A DNA stretch of 64,000 bases, from NCBI GenBank assembly GCA_030141605.1, contig JAQGDQ010000614.1, forward strand, positions 1 to 64,000, in the 5' to 3' direction. Origin of the DNA: Tubiluchus corallicola (Eukaryota > Animalia > Priapulida). A program made the translations under genes and the position numbers. The notes under the pieces were generated by a model. It had not been told where the DNA came from and made no database searches. It saw only the letters and a program-made list of their open reading frames with translations. Shown in pieces: positions 52,213-64,000 of this stretch; the stretch's first letter is position 1, and the number at the start of each line of letters is the position of its first letter.

Positions 52213-52562
52213 GTCTATGCGTATTTTTTGCTGTATTAATAATGTGTCATGTTGTATTCACGAATTTTAAGTAGTGGATTATTGTTATAATTATTGTCGC
52301 CAACAATTTTCTTGTGGCTACCTTGTTGCCAGTTGTTGGAACTTAATTAGAACCAATATGGAGTCGTCCCTGTCGTTACCCGACTGTTGTACATTTTCTC
52401 TGTAGAACGCAGTAGATGGCGCAGCATGAACACAGTTTTCGACTTTTCTGTTGAGGAGAAAATATTGTGGTTTTGGTATATGACCGATATAAAAAGCATA
52501 CTAATGTTAATTGTTTAATTATGTAGTGTTTCTTAGCTTTGTTTTTTGTAACGGTTGTCAAC

Positions 52563-55500
52563 ATGTCTCTCGCAGGATTGAAAAAGCAGATAAATAAAGC
52601 TAATCAGGTAAAGTATTATTACATTAAACTCAAAAGTTGATCAAACGTAATCGTACGATACTCAGTTGACCATTTCCTATTATTATATATTTATGGTGTT
52701 TTTAAACACTAACTAGGCCTCATTCAGTTTATTCACTGAATATGTAGTATAATTGTCCTTGCGTTTGACTAAGCTCACTATCTAGTACTAGGGTGTGCCT
52801 GTTTGTGTAGTTAGTTCAAGTGTCATACAGCAGCCTAGGACTATAGTAGCTGGAGTACTAAATTGTAAATGTGGTATAATGTAGATAGTAGATTATTTTA
52901 CGTTATCAATTATGTTCCAAATTATTTTACCATTCCATTTTTTGGATAAAGTAAAGTATTTGGTAAAATGGGGTATTTGTGGCATTATTGTAGATAATAA
53001 ATTTCTATATTTTTAAATAATGCTGTTATATAACAGTATAACCGCAACAAATCACAATAAATTGAATTAAAGATAGGAAATCACCAGGCCAGACTTGAAA
53101 ATATGCTGCATTGCTCGGTAATGCCTATGCACTACAAATGCGCCACTGCCCTATAACATCGCTTTCCACGCGACATATCTGTGTGTCAATGCCAAAATAC
53201 GTGTCTCTTCCGGCAACTTCAAAGAAAATTCACAGTGACTGAGTAAGTGAATATAAAAATTAAGCGTTCATTGAGTAATCTTATAATGTGAAATAATTGT
53301 TATTATTTATAGTTACCTTCAGAATGATTAGGTGTGCTAGCACTGTGGTAGGCACTCACACCACTCCGTAATGATCACCGTGTGGGGTATCATAGTGCTA
53401 GGTTGGCAGTACTGTATAGTATGAAACCTTACTTCGTACCTTATATTGCACCATAATTCTTTATCGTGCCTCAAAATTGAATCGTACCATACTAGTATGA
53501 TAAAATATCTTACCATAATTCCGTTCCAAGTGCTTGTATGAACTCTAAAGTTAACTGTACAGCGATAAATTTATCAATTCTCATTCTGAATTTATGTATG
53601 GTATAAAACAGAACTGCTATTTGAACTTCCATATTATTTATTATAGGTAACAAGAGCTATGCAATACGTATATATATATATGCAATATATATTATATACA
53701 AAAGCAGGCTGGTGATAATGATTATAACAAACACAAATGACATTAAAAAAGGCAGTTACTTGTTGTTTATTCTGAAGATGAAAAATTACTGTTTTGCACA
53801 GATCGGCAAAGTTCTAAGTGTTCCATATTAACAACATAATTTTGAAATATTCTTGTTTCAGCAGAAGCTGCATAGCTTCAGATGTTTAGTAAATTACTGC
53901 ACAATAGCTAGGAATAACAGTTAAAACAGCAGAGTTATATAAATTGGTATCAAGCTTGGAAAGCAATCTGTAAACAATAATATAATAAAAGTAATTTATG
54001 AGAACTGGTAACTGATTGTTTCAAATAACTTGTGGCTTTTGCATTCAAAAGGAACAAATTTAGTGACTTTATGTGTGTGTGCTCTGTGCTAATTGCAGCA
54101 GAACAATAAGTCCCACCCACGAGCAAAACTGAGGATAAATGGTACAGAAAAGGTACAAAAAACATAATTTTGTATCGTACTGTTGAAAAAATACCATACC
54201 ATAATTTACAAAAAACATAATTTTGTATCGTACTGTTGAAAAAATACCATACCGTAATTCCGTACTGTAACTTTAAGCATTTTTCCTACTGTACCGTACT
54301 GCCAGCCTTGTCATAGTGTGTTTTGAAAAATTGGTTAAATTCTTTTTTTAAATGAAATAAGTAATGTTACCATACTGCCAGCCTTGTCATAATGTGTTTT
54401 GAAAAATTGGTTAAATTGTTTTTTTAAATGAAATAAGTAATGTGTCTTCTTATTCTATGTGTTTAGTGATGCAGCTGTCACGCAGACAGATGTAACGCTT
54501 ACGTCAATTCTCAGATACCACGCCCATACCAACAAAAATTTGCACGCCCAAATTTATACCAAATTTACCGCACTAGCTCCAGCCTGGCCATCAGACATGT
54601 TCCTAAGACTGTAGTATTAGGAGGACTATGAAAAATTACAATGAGATTTACAACAAGCAGTTAAGTGTGTTACCAAGGAGCAGCTTAGTAGCATTAACAA
54701 CAACAGCCAGTAGTGCCAAATTTAATATGTTCACACATTCATTGTACTATTTGCAGGGGAGTGCTTATGTGCATTGATATGTAGTTCAGATTATGAAATA
54801 ATACAAAATTTTGCCCTGTAAGAACTCCTCCAACACCTGTTTTAGGCACATAACTAAAAAAAATGTCATTGAAATCTATACCATAATAACAAATCAGTCA
54901 CATATTTAAACACTACAATTGATACTGTTGTTACTAAAAGCAAAAATTACAAACCGTTTTGGTAATCAACAGTCCATCATGATTACGAGACTGTCTGCAG
55001 AACCCTGTTCTATAAAAGGGTAAAAAATAGATTTTGTTTGTTTTGGTCTAATTGTAGTTTACTTAGACATAAAACTTATTCATGATGATGTTTACCAGCA
55101 AAGTAATAAGTGAATGCTAAAGCATTATGCTGCATTTGTGCATTGTTCACGTGAGAGTGTCTAAGTATGTGGAATCCTGAGTCCTTAATAAAAACAGTCA
55201 TGAATATTAAAATTGCCTTTTAAGCCACAGCAATAATCATCCTCAGTTTCCAAGAAACTTGTCGAATACTTATAAAAATTTTCAGGAATTATGCTTTAAT
55301 AATAATAAGTTTGTGCAAATAAAGTTTGTTGATTACAGAATAGCTTGGGCACATAGTTCTTAGAGAACTCATATGTTTAAGGCTATTTGACATCAAAACC
55401 TAATGATTTTTAAACCCATCTAAGCTAATAACTAACAAATGCAAAGTTATCAACACAAAAAATGTTGTCCTCTATTGCTGATTAGCTTTAGAATGTGGTG

Positions 55501-58500
55501 GTGTTTGTATTCTGTATTCACTGTGCTGAACAAACAATAATGTAAAGATGTTCATGTATCACTAACCTACTGTGAATTAAAAATAACTCATGTTTTTAGA
55601 AGCATCCATGTTATTATGTTAGTAATTTATTCTTTGGAAAAATCTTTCTAAAAAATTTTTTGAGCTTTTTTTGTTCAACTTTGAACATTAGCAGCACTTC
55701 TAAAGTTTAAAGGTTTTCAGTTATTTTAATTAAGTTCAGATTAGAACTTGCTTATTTCAGGAGCAAACCTTTTATAATTAATTCAACTTACATTACAGTG
55801 ACTCTGAGAAAAAAATTAAGAAAATTGAAGGTGGCACATTGATATTTTGATCTCATGTGTAAGTAGCAGTTTAAAGCTCTTGCATATATTTTTTCATTTT
55901 TCAGTACCTAAGCGAAAAAATTGGTGGAGCTGAGCCTACAAAGTTGGAAGAAGAATTCGTTAACTTAGAAAAGGTGGGCACTTTTTGCGTTGTTGTCTTA
56001 TGCAATGTTATTGGTAACATGATTAACATCTAAGTTGCATGGTAGCCAGTTCTTTTCAGCTGTTTACTTCACAATCTGTCTAACTAACACAGTGTAGGCA
56101 TTATTATAATAATAACTCTTTATTTCGTATCAAAGATACAGTACATCATAAAAAGGTTACAATAAAATACAATGAAATTACAATACAATATAATCAAATT
56201 TACATCTAAAAAATTACAGTGTATATTTGTAAGTATATTATTTCACAGATGGTTTCTGATGTTCAGGTCCTTATAAAATTTATTTTCTACTAGATGCTTT
56301 ACATTAATACAAGACAAGTTCAGTGGTGTCTAATATCTCGCATGGACGAATTGACCTGGCTTATTAATTTCATAGAGGACTATTATTATTAGTGTGACTT
56401 GTGGGAGTTTTCATATGATTTGTGTCTTCTAAATCGTACAAGAGCATTATAAATCTTAGAAATCAAAAGCAGCAGATGAGTTGATGTCTTTAACATCTGA
56501 ACTAATCATTAAAACTTCTGAAGAGTCTATATTGGTATTCATTTTGTCTACACTGCACTTTGTTCTATTAAAGAATAATATTTTTAACTATGATTCTAAG
56601 CATGTGTTCATGGTTCATGACTCTCAAGTCAATGTAACTTGTGGCAATATCTTCAAGCTTTATAGCTTAAATCTGTGAGAGACGATAAGATCTACTCTGT
56701 TTATTGCAAAAACTGTGTTGATAAATTGGTTGGCCTTAAAGTGACCACGTTTTTATTAACACCTAGCTAAAATTGTAGGTGCTTATTTTAAGACATATCT
56801 TATCATTCATATTTGTAAAATAGCTTTCTATTACTTTTACAAAACTGGCAAAATGCAGAGGAACTAGTTCACAATGATATTGTCTCAATGCTAAACTATT
56901 ACAATAGTCTCTGCTTTGGATAGTATACATGTTCAACATTCTGCTGCCATTTAAATACGCAAATGCTAATTTGATTGTTACAGCAATGCTAAAAGATTTT
57001 CGTTGATTGCCTGTCAAGGAGAGAGTGAAATAAAAAATAAAGTGAAGTGTACCCTTCCTCATAAAGGTTGAATTGTATTGAAATGAATTATTTTATTCTG
57101 TATTTAAATCATTCTTTGTGTATTTCCTAATGATGACTGCAAGTGTGCAGTGGAAACGTTGAACTTTCTCTAATAAAAAGTTAATAAAAGTTATAATATA
57201 GTGGGTTGTTTGTGAAATGGAATCACATTGTTTACATGTAACCTCCCTCTATATGGAATTCACTCAGCGCTGTGCAAAACTTTGCAAGATCTATTGCAGA
57301 GCTCCCTTGCTGTTTTTAGAAACAACATTAATTAGTTGGGATCATTGGCTATGCTTAGGTTTAAGGAGCTCTTCAGCTACGTTTAGGTTGAAAGGACTTT
57401 ATTGACATTACTGAGTCCTGCAAAGTGAACCTTTTAACACTAAATTAAATAATGCGTTTTTGGGATAACTTGCTGGTTTTGGTGTGTGCGTGTGCATGTG
57501 TGTGTGCGTGCGTGCATGTCTGCGTGTATGTTGACCGTAGTTAAGCATTGCCTAACCTGATGAGACACTGGATGGTTTAGCATAAGAAAGACTGTTTCCT
57601 GGTTTTTATCTACATTGTTATTCTGCCTATTTGTCTCATTATGAGAGAATGTTTACACTGGGTTGTGGCTAAGATGCCTCTTCTGACTCATCACCTCATC
57701 GTTGAGGCTTACCCTTGATAGTGAGCCACAATCTTGTACATTAAGTATACGTTTCTAGGTCCCAGATTGCAAAGTACTGGTTTGTACAATATAGGGATGT
57801 ACATTAACTGATTTCCACTGTAAACATATATGCATGTAATATTAAACTGTCCTAACATATTGAAACTTTGAAGCTGTGTTTTAAACCTATGTTTATGAAT
57901 TAGTTCCTACCAAGTGAAGGTTCTTGTCAAAAAGATAATGCCGCATATGAACATGTATTATAATAATTTTAAGGTGAGGATTATGTATATTTCAGAAATC
58001 TCATATAGGTAAAGTTTTAGTACTGTGATAGTTTTAAGTACTGTGTTGAAACAATTTTATTATTGAAAGCTTTTTATAAGTAACAACATGTTATTTGCTT
58101 GCGCTGGTAATTGCACATTTTCTCATCTCCGTTCAATAAATTTTTTGTTTTGTTTATGTGCAAAATCTGAAATTTTTGTACACTAAACAGTTATGTTTCA
58201 ATTTTAGGCCAAAATTACTATTAGCAAATTACTATTATTTTTGTTTAAACTAGTTACTGTGTATAATTAGTGTTAATTATCTAATTAACTAACACTATGT
58301 CTGGCGAAGCACCATTTTTGTTACATTTTCATGCGAATTTTAAAATGTTGGTATGATCATTTGCTTTGAGTGAAGCTTTTTTTAAAACGAAGAAGCTCTA
58401 TAGTTCCACAATCAGTAGACTAGCTTTGATCATAATTTTTATGGAGTTGCAGAGAGCCCAGCTAAGCGTTCATTAAGTGTACAGAGCGGCAACAATGGTG

Positions 58501-61500
58501 TCAGCTCAGCAACTTGGCTTCCCAAGAAACCTTTCATTATTAAAGGCTTCTTGTGTGCATTTCCTGCAGTATTTGCTTGATGGATGCTTCTTACTTTCTA
58601 CATTATTGATTGGCTGCCAGAAATAACTGTTCCTGGGCTAATAAACGCATATTTTATCACCCTGTGTTACCCAAGCCAGGCTCCATTATTTTGTAGCTAA
58701 GGGAGGTTGGACTTGTTAAGAGCTCAAGTTGGTTATTTGCAGCTAATAATTATTGCAACTCAAATACTGACTCCCATGATAACCATACTCAGCACATTAT
58801 TCGAGTTTTGTCATTACATAGAATGAACATAACATAACATAATCTTTTATTTATCTTGCAACGCACATACAGTTATAGTACAAATAATAATTTAAAAAAA
58901 ATTGTGAAGAAAAGGCAGCGAAAGACCAATTGGTCATCTAGTCAGCTGCCCTTTGGTTAGTAATGAACATTTTTAAAGGCTACTGTGCAACTGCTTATAA
59001 TTGGAATTTAATTCTTACAAATAACATGAAATTGATCTGTTTATAACTTGTTATATATAACACATTAATACAATTCATATACGCAATATTAATAAGTGTA
59101 TAATAAAAAATCAAAGAAGAACTGAAAATAAAAGTCTGACAGTGGAAATATAAGAATAATGGCAACTGAAATATACTTCATGACACAAGCATAATTTTTG
59201 ACAGTCACAAAAATAAATTATCATGCAAATAATGGAACTGCAAATTATCTATATTTTGGTATCAATACTATATATTACTATATTGAAGTATATTAAATTG
59301 TGGTTAATTTTCATGCACAGGCATACAGAAATTATAATTTACAAAACAAAAAACGGATCATGTGAAAAAACAGCCAGAGTCCAAAAATTACATTGCAAAC
59401 AATATTGTAAGTTGTGTGTTATAATCGTGCATAAGCAAGCCATTAAAAATTACAAAGCAATTTTCGATGATCTGAGGTAAAATTTTTTAACAGATATTTA
59501 AAGCACAAAAAATTACTTGGATGACTGCATGAGGAGATTGACAATTGGAGTCCAGACTTCAAAATATAAATATTCTAGACTTTACAAACTTGAAATTGAT
59601 CTACAGAAGTTAGACAATAAACAAATTAAATATTGAAATTAACTGAACATGCTATAATAGTAGTTGCTCGTGCATGCAGTTAGACAAATTACTGCAATGG
59701 GCAAAAGGAATAAAAGTTGTTGGAAAAATACTGTAAGCCTGCATGTAGTTAATCTCGGTAATAAGTTTGCAAGAGTTGATATTTATATAATTTACTCAAG
59801 CGACAGATACTAGTTGACAGCTAAAGATCATCCGAAAGTATATTCCATAGAGTTGTACCATTGTGTTTTAAAGTGTTTAGACCTTTCGTTGTCTTAAGTC
59901 TTTCCTGAAAATAATTTTGTTTGTTAGCTGCTCTAGTAGATTATTGGTGAACATCACTAATCTTTCTGAAATAATTGCAGTATAACTAAGGTAGAATGCC
60001 CTTTTTGTAATTGAACATGAATTTCGGTAACTCAAGCTTATGAATTTCATTTATTTTTAATACTTGCAAAGCATAATAAGAAGAGGTAGTGCGATCTCGG
60101 AACCCAGCTAAAGTCATTATTTTGATAATTTTGTTATGTGCTGCTGTAAGTGGTTTCAGAACGGATTTTTTGCTGAATCCCACGACAAGATACAATAGTC
60201 AGTGTGTGGGTACACTATGGCAAAGTAACAATGGCAATGAAACAAAAACAGAGTTATTGTGGATGGGAGAGAGAGTGGGGTAGGGGGAAACAGGGCAAAT
60301 TTGTTGCTAATAATCTTCTGCATGGTCACATTTTCTTTTTGTTCTTTCAAAAAATATTTAAATGAGCCCTGTTTGAAATTCCCACAGCTCTTTTACTCAC
60401 TGCAGTTTAGGATGCAGTTTGATACTAATGTTGTTGGGTAACCTTTATGACTGCTGCAAAACACGGGATTTTGCAAAGCGCTAGATGAACAAAATTGCTA
60501 TTAATTTGTAATAACTAATCTGTTATGCAGTGGTGTTTTAATCTTTTAAGTTTTTTAAATTATGTATTTCTTATCTGTGTATATAATTTATATAGAGCAA
60601 CAATACATTTCACAATTTCCCTAAAGCTACAGTGAATGCTTTTTTTAATAGTGTTGTAACGACAGTTTTTGTCTGTTCATTAAATGTGCCACAGATGACT
60701 TGTTGGAGATAATTACACAGTGATATGTGTGTTAAATAGCCACAACAATAAATTGGCATTTAACTGGAATGCAAAATCAATGTGAAAAGGGTGAGATGGA
60801 AGGACTCACTGTATTTTCAACTGCTTTTGATACAGTGTGATGAGAGTACTAATAACAGCTACATTTCTAAGTCTTCATAATAAAAATTCAGATATGCTAT
60901 TCACTTTTTTAGAAAACAGATGTCACCTGTGAACTTGTCGAAGATCTGCAAACGAAAACGAAGGAATACCTTCAGCCAAATCCAGGTTTGACAGTTGCAC
61001 ATTATTTTACATGCGGCATGTTAATACCTGGTTACTTGTTTTAAGAATTTATGAAATAGTTGATTTAATATAAGTTTTAGCACAGCCATTACAACACCCG
61101 GGGCTGTACATCACCGAGATTAATATTGCCCTGTGCGATCGCACGATTCCCGACAATATCTTGATGAAATGGGATTTATGGTGAATCTCAAGCTTTAGTT
61201 CAATTGGAAATGTCTGAACGAATCAATATCAATCATGAGCCGCATGACGGCTTTTTCTTCCTACATCTGGTGATGTTAAAAAGAGGGGATAATTTATATT
61301 GAAGAGAAATTAGAGGATCATTTATTTTAAAAAGGCATCTTTAAAATAACTTAGCACTTGCCTAGTAATATGTCTAATTTACTAATCCAAATGTGAAGAA
61401 ATACTGAAAAAAGTCTATTGAATATCTGTAATAAAATGGTTGTTGGTATTGAAAAATTGGTATTTTGTATACTTATTTCTAATATAAGTAGTTACACGTT

Positions 61501-63616
61501 GTTTGATCATGTTAGCTTGTTACTGTATACTGTCACAAACAGATTGTTATCGTCTAATAATTGCATTACATTTTTGTTTACAATATCCTACATTTTTTCC
61601 ATTTTTATACCGAATCCTATGCATTTCTTGTCCTCCTGGATTACAGGTAGTTTTAGCTTATGATCACAAAGTTTTATCTTAATTAGCTTCGCTTTGTCCC
61701 CATAACGTCAGGAGCAGTTGTGCATTATATTTGATATCCCAGAAGAGACATTTTCTGCGAATTCTCTGCAAAATAATTGCAAGCGCTGTCTAAACATTGA
61801 AAGTTGTTGACGAAAAGTCTGGCATTGTCAGTTTCGCATTTACTCTTGTCCATAGAGAGTTTGTGTTTGAGAAACGAATGCAGGTTTCCACTTTCATTCA
61901 AAGATTTCCTGTTTAATAGCAATGCAAGACTCTTCGATTTTTTGCCCGGGATGTCGCTTCATAAATCAAGCCAATTAATCTTTGAGGGACTATTTCAAAG
62001 TTAATGATCTAGAGTCTGGAGTCTAATAGAATAACTGTTGGTATATGTATGTATAGGTAGTATTTAATTTCATAAAGCTGAACTTCCTAAAGATGAACGC
62101 CAGCTTGACTAATCTCAGTGATTACCAATGCATCATATGTATGCATTAGTTGTGAATAGAACCTGTCGTTATTTCCTTATGTTAATGAACTGAGTGTCTT
62201 ACAATTGACCAGATGATACAGATTTTGTTTGTGATTGACTCCTGTCATGTCTTCTAGACTTGTGACCAGTGTAAACCACATACTCATTCTTTTGTCAAAT
62301 GTGTATCACAAACAAGGAAAACAATAGTGGATTAAAAGTATGTATTTTTAAAATTCTGATGAAAGCCTGCTTATGCAAAAGATTTTGGTATTACTGTACA
62401 TGTGAATGATTTTCGGTCTGGATCTATTTTATTGCATTCCCTGTTTTACACCAATCGAGCATGCTCATTATATCACATCTATTTCTCTTATTGAACAAAA
62501 CTAGACAGACTGAAGTATTTTAGTCAAACGACAACTGAAAAGTTGTAACTTTATTCAGGTAATGCGGAACAGATTATGGAATGTTCATGTAGTGTTTTGT
62601 TGTCAGAGAACTACATTACTTAACAACTGTGTAAGCATTTATTTAACATTTTAAGAAATACAAATATTGGTATACAGTTCTGGATTTCATAGAAATAAAT
62701 GGTACTAGAAAGCAGAAAGAAGTGGACTATGATAATGTTGTAACAAAAGTATGTGTCCAGAAACATATTGTTTCTAAATTCATTTCTCACCTATATGCTA
62801 AAATTTGTGTGCTGGAATTTTAAATGCACTGTCATTTGTAAACATTTTTTTGTGTAGCCTCACGAGCAAAGATGTCAGCCACAAGTGCCATCTCTAAGAT
62901 TCGTGGCTCCTCAAAGTACATGCCTTATCCACAACCAGAGGGTGTTTTAGGAGAATCTATGCTGAAGTATAGCAAAGAACTGAGCGACGACTCCCCATTT
63001 GGTATGTATTTCTGGCTTTTACTGTTGCATGAACTATAGGGCTGCCTTGTTGCTGATCACCGATAAATGCCATAGTACACCAACGTTTAAATTACTTATT
63101 TTATATGGCTTACATGTCCATTGTACACATTTTTTTAAATATTATGAGGATTGAATTAATTTGTAATTGTTAATTATATTCTGTTTAATTATATACTTGT
63201 TAAAAATTGATTACTTGCTTCGAAATATGTACTTGTGAGACTCAGTGTTTCCCAATTTAGCCACTTAAATAATAAAATGTTAATCATATAAACATTTTAC
63301 TAGAAGTTGCTGCTTGGAATGTTATTATAGCTTCTAGAGGATTTGCAAGATGCATGTGTGAAGGGAAGGGTTGGATAAAGGGGTTAATTTCATTTTACCT
63401 TGACAGTGTGTCTCTCAGTAGTGAAGTCATACCAGTGCTTTAGTTTATTTTCCTCATGGTAATTTTTGAAATTTGTTTGCAGGAAATGCTCTAAGCGAGG
63501 TTGGAGAAGCGATGAAACAGCTTGCTGACATTAAGTATGCCCTAGAGGATAATGTTAAGCAGAATTTCCTAGAGCCATTACATCAGTTGCAAACTAAGGA
63601 GCTAAAGGAAGTAATG
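52563..63616 (+). CDS. EndoA: Endophilin-A (SH3GL family) N-BAR domain, first 5 exons; gene continues beyond the window
   Basis: Exons 52563-52607 ([15 protein letters not shown]), 55905-55973 ([23 protein letters not shown]), 60913-60985 (KTDVT...EYLQPNP), 62858-63001 (ASRAKM...[15 protein letters not shown]), 63483-63616 ([33 protein letters not shown]). Phases are consistent. Confidence 0.95.
53398..54310. mobile_element. hAT-superfamily MITE, 913 bp, with 8-bp TSD
   Basis: TIRs CTAGGTTGGCAGTAC / GTACTGCCAGCCTTG (13 of 15 match), perfect TSD TCATAGTG at 53390-53397 and 54311-54318, and GTACC/ATACC subterminal repeats. Confidence 0.88.
57482..57527. repeat. Compound (TG)/(TGCG) microsatellite
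   Basis: gtgtgtgcgtgtgcatgtgtgtgtgcgtgcgtgcatgtctgcgtgt. Confidence 0.7.
58822..60140 (-). mobile_element. L2/Crack-like LINE 3' fragment, related to the element at 50477-52212
   Basis: ORF 59986-60195 reads HNKIIKIMT...[30 protein letters not shown]. The 3' motif agcgaaagaccaattggtcatc at ~58917 is the reverse complement of the 52071 motif. It ends in AATAAA plus a (TTATG)n tail near 58822-58850. Confidence 0.7.
61700..62000 (-). mobile_element. Possible decayed pogo/CENP-B-type transposase fragment
   Basis: With one frameshift the minus strand reads [15 protein letters not shown], resembling the WLxxFxxRH helix-turn-helix motif. No DDE domain is recognisable. Confidence 0.3.
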
Positions 63617-64000
63617 GTGAGTACGAAATTTTTAATGAGATATAATCTAAATTTAGTTCACTGCAAAAAAAGTTCATTTAGCAACGTTAGGCCATAGTTC
63701 TACTGTGTCTACACCAACATGCCATAATAGGGTTTTCTGTCCGCACGTTTTACGTCCGCAAAGGTTATTACCATCACATCCGTAGACATGAGACTTTCTG
63801 CGAGAAAGAAGCATTTATTTAGTTTTAGTAGTTAAAGAAAGGTCAAATGAACAATACGACAAGTGACAATATCGATTTTGTTTTCACTCAGTTTTCGAAA
63901 ACCATGAACATTGCAACAAACTATAATGGATGAAGAATAGTGACTGTTTTTTTAAGAATGCAACCTGCAACAACTTTTCGAACTTTACTTGATTTGCAAA

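Noticed and set aside
55082-55180. Possible intronic C/D snoRNA (ATGATGA...CTGA)
   Set aside because: No terminal stem or recognisable rRNA/snRNA guide; such boxes arise by chance in AT-rich DNA. The same applies to ATGATGA at 21683.
41370-63616. Functional clustering of beta-catenin, LAMTOR3 and endophilin as a signalling operon
   Set aside because: Each gene has its own promoter-like motifs; co-orientation alone is not evidence of polycistronic transcription.

Overview
AT-rich, intron-rich animal (invertebrate) nuclear DNA. The beta-catenin N-terminus looks lophotrochozoan, but the taxon is only an inference. Five protein-coding genes can be assembled by hand with GT-AG introns and consistent phases. 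(1) A KIAA0232/DUF4603-like gene (+, 11 coding exons, ~1699 aa) that also carries a C-terminal tandem CCCH zinc finger. (2) A DDX21/DDX50-family DEAD-box helicase (-, 15 exons, ~603 aa) with a mitochondrial-presequence-like N-terminus and no GUCT domain. (3) Beta-catenin (+, 810 aa) with an intronless CDS, head-to-head with the helicase. (4) LAMTOR3 (+, 6 exons, 126 aa). (5) The first 5 exons of endophilin-A (+, runs off the window). Introns and intergenic DNA hold MITEs (one hAT-type with a perfect 8-bp TSD), CR1/L2-type LINE remnants and degenerate tandem repeats. No rRNA, tRNA or CRISPR was seen. The most interesting leads are the putative mitochondrial PMH2/RH3-like helicase, the CCCH-bearing KIAA0232 homologue with a uORF-rich leader, a probable 3'UTR intron in beta-catenin, and a 109-bp near-perfect inverted copy bracketing the last LAMTOR3 exon. 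All family assignments come from recalled motifs, not from database searches.
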